DNA from: an uncultured Thermodesulfobacteriota bacterium
GTDB lineage: Bacteria; Desulfobacterota; GWC2-55-46; JADFVP01
Direction: 5' to 3'
Length of the DNA stretch: 64,000 bases
Assembly (NCBI GenBank): GCA_964472295.1
Contig: CAYYJQ010000007.1
Span: 302-64,301 of the forward strand
The translations under genes and the position numbers were made by a program. Shown one piece after another: positions 62,284 through 64,000 of this stretch (position 1 is its first letter; each line of letters opens with the position of its first letter). The notes under the pieces were generated by a model, which saw only the letters and a program-made list of their open reading frames with translations, had not been told where the DNA came from and ran no database searches.

Positions 62284-62351
62284 AAGGTTACTTATAAACT
62301 ATTTTACGCAATTAACTGCTTTTTAAACCTTATTAAATCTTAATCTGTTTT

Positions 62352-62368
62352 GGTGGGCAGTGCCCACC
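62352..62368. repeat. Solitary family-1 A module between purF and purL
   Basis: Perfect GGTGGGCAGTGCCCACC palindrome identical to 48080-48096. Confidence 0.6.
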
Positions 62369-62394
62369 TGCCCTTCTTTATCTTTTTTTCCTGC

Positions 62395-64000
62395 CTACAG
62401 CGCCGCGGCCACGGTGCCCTGTTCGAGAGCTTTTTGTAGCGAAGTGCTGTAGGCCTCTTCCATGGTTTCGAGGTCCATATCGATAAGTCCCTTTATCATG
62501 AAGCCGTGCCTTACGGTCTTGCCAAGCGTCTCAAGGGGTACGCCATGGGCCTCGCAAATCTTTTGAAGGTCAGGGAGGTCTTTTTCCTCGAGCGAGACGA
62601 TTATCCTTGACTGCGTCTCTCCAAAGAGGAACTCGTCTGGCCGGAGTCCGTTCCCGGCGCCATTGTCCAGCTCCACGCCAACGGTACCCGCGGGGTTCAG
62701 GGCCGCCTCGGCAAGGGCCACCACAAGGCCGCCCTCGGAGCAATCGTGCGCAGATTGTATTATACCAGCCTTTATCGCAGTGAGACAAGCCCTGTGAAGG
62801 GATTTTTCAGTCTCAAGGTCCATGGACGGGCCTGGCCCCTGTTCTTTCCTCTGAATGAGTCTCAGGTACTCGGTGCCGCCGAGGCCGGGTTCTGTTCTGC
62901 CAAGGAGGGCTATGAGATGGCCCGGGGCCCTGAACCACTGCCTTGTAATATGCGAATGGTCTTCTATGAGGCCGAGCATTCCTATTGTGGGCGTGGGGTA
63001 TATGGCCTTTTCGCTGGTCTCATTATAAAAACTTACGTTTCCGCCGATAACGGGCACGTTGAGGGCAAGGCAGGCCTCTTTAATGCCGGCAACGGCCTCG
63101 CTGAACTGCCACATCACCTCCGGGCGTTCGGGACTGCCGAAGTTGAGGCAATCGGTAAGGGCAAGGGGCCTTGCGCCCGAAACAATGAGATTACGGGCGG
63201 CCTCGGCAACAGCGGCGCTGGCACCTTTTCTGGGGTCTATGTAGCAGTAGAGGGGATTACAGTCCACTGTGAGGGCAATGGCGCGGTTGGTGCCCTTTAT
63301 ACGGAGCACCGCGGCGTCGGAGCCTGGCTGAACAACGGTGTCTGTACGGACCATGTAATCGAACTGGTGGTATATGGAGGCCCGGCTTGAGATATTACTT
63401 GAAGAGAGGATTTTCAGGAATACATCGTTGTAATCATCTGGCAGGGGTATGTCCGAAAGGGCCTCTTTGTCCTGAAGACTGTCCTGCCAGGCGGGCCTCT
63501 CCACGGGCCGGTCATAACAAGGCGCGCTGTCCGTAAGAATGGTTACGGGAATATCTGCCGCTACACTGCCGTGCTCGATGATGCGGACGTTTTTTTCTTC
63601 TATGACACTACCCACGACCTCGCAGTCAAGGTCCCAGCGCGAAAATATCTCCTTGACCTTATCTTCCATGCCCTTTTTGGCCACAATGAGCATACGCTCC
63701 TGCGATTCAGAGAGCAGGGTCTCATAGGCGGTCATACCCTCCTCGCGGCGCGGCACGCGGTCTATGTCTATCTCTATGCCCGCTCCCCCGCGAGAGGCCA
63801 TCTCCACGCTCGATGACGTAAGCCCGGCGGCCCCCATGTCCTGAATGCCCACGATATAGTCCTTTTTGAATAGGTCGAGACAGGCCTCGAGGAGGAGTTT
63901 TTCGCGGAAGGGGTCACCAACCTGCACAGTGGGACGCCGCTCCTCGCCACCCTCGCCGAATACGTCAGAGGCCATGGTGGCCCCGTGTATGCCGTCGCGC
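62395..64000 (-). CDS. purL: Phosphoribosylformylglycinamidine synthase subunit PurL (5' end beyond window)
   Basis: PurL/AIRS-related domains. Reading frame continues in-frame to the window edge (…RDGIHGATMASDVF). Confidence 0.85.
   Translation of the reverse strand, partial: RDGIHGATMASDVFGEGGEERRPTVQVGDPFREKLLLEACLDLFKKDYIVGIQDMGAAGLTSSSVEMASRGGAGIEIDIDRVPRREEGMTAYETLLSESQERMLIVAKKGMEDKVKEIFSRWDLDCEVVGSVIEEKNVRIIEHGSVAADIPVTILTDSAPCYDRPVERPAWQDSLQDKEALSDIPLPDDYNDVFLKILSSSNISSRASIYHQFDYMVRTDTVVQPGSDAAVLRIKGTNRAIALTVDCNPLYCYIDPRKGASAAVAEAARNLIVSGARPLALTDCLNFGSPERPEVMWQFSEAVAGIKEACLALNVPVIGGNVSFYNETSEKAIYPTPTIGMLGLIEDHSHITRQWFRAPGHLIALLGRTEPGLGGTEYLRLIQRKEQGPGPSMDLETEKSLHRACLTAIKAGIIQSAHDCSEGGLVVALAEAALNPAGTVGVELDNGAGNGLRPDEFLFGETQSRIIVSLEEKDLPDLQKICEAHGVPLETLGKTVRHGFMIKGLIDMDLETMEEAYSTSLQKALEQGTVAAAL

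Overview
This is a 64 kb chromosomal segment of a GC-rich (~55-60 %) bacterium, and almost all of it is core housekeeping genes.

Gene content:
- A TetR-regulated RND efflux operon (tetR, a TolC-like gene, a membrane-fusion gene and an RND pump gene).
- A znuBC-type metal ABC transporter that has no binding-protein gene.
- The surE-pcm pair, purM-purN, rpmB, ridA, rel/spoT, the class A PBP gene mrcA and moaA.
- A SftH/MrfA-type DEAD/DEAH helicase carrying a DUF1998 zinc domain.
- A NIT-domain hybrid histidine kinase next to a REC-GGDEF response regulator.
- A large branched-chain amino acid supercluster (ilvD-ilvBN-ilvC-psd-pssA-leuA-leuC-leuD-leuB) with the phospholipid genes embedded in it.
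- The conserved rpsB-tsf-pyrH-frr-uppS-cdsA-dxr-rseP-tsaB block.
- purF and a partial purL at the right edge.

The gene order is reminiscent of Geobacter/Desulfuromonadales-type deltaproteobacteria, but this is from memory.

What I did not find: rRNA, tRNA, CRISPR, transposase, integrase or a classical defense island.

The most unusual content is non-coding:
- Family 1 is a mosaic of short palindromic modules, like the E. coli REP/BIME intergenic repeat clusters. It occupies about 10 intergenic regions, several of them inside operons.
- Family 2 is a second element of about 90 bp built around a perfect 10-bp-stem hairpin, present in 3 copies.
- There is a degenerate CCCGTTG heptamer array.
- G-rich leaders occur on the coding strand upstream of several genes.
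- An 85-bp tandem duplication sits at the tsaB start.
- A (GAA)n microsatellite follows the helicase stop codon.

Smaller protein-level oddities are:
- a Pur-alpha-like 73-aa ORF translationally coupled inside the leu operon;
- a secreted protein with tandem degenerate YHS-like modules;
- a ~70-aa low-complexity C-terminal tail on RpsB.

If this window holds an undescribed system, my best candidates are the two repeat families. No protein-coding system of clearly novel type is evident.
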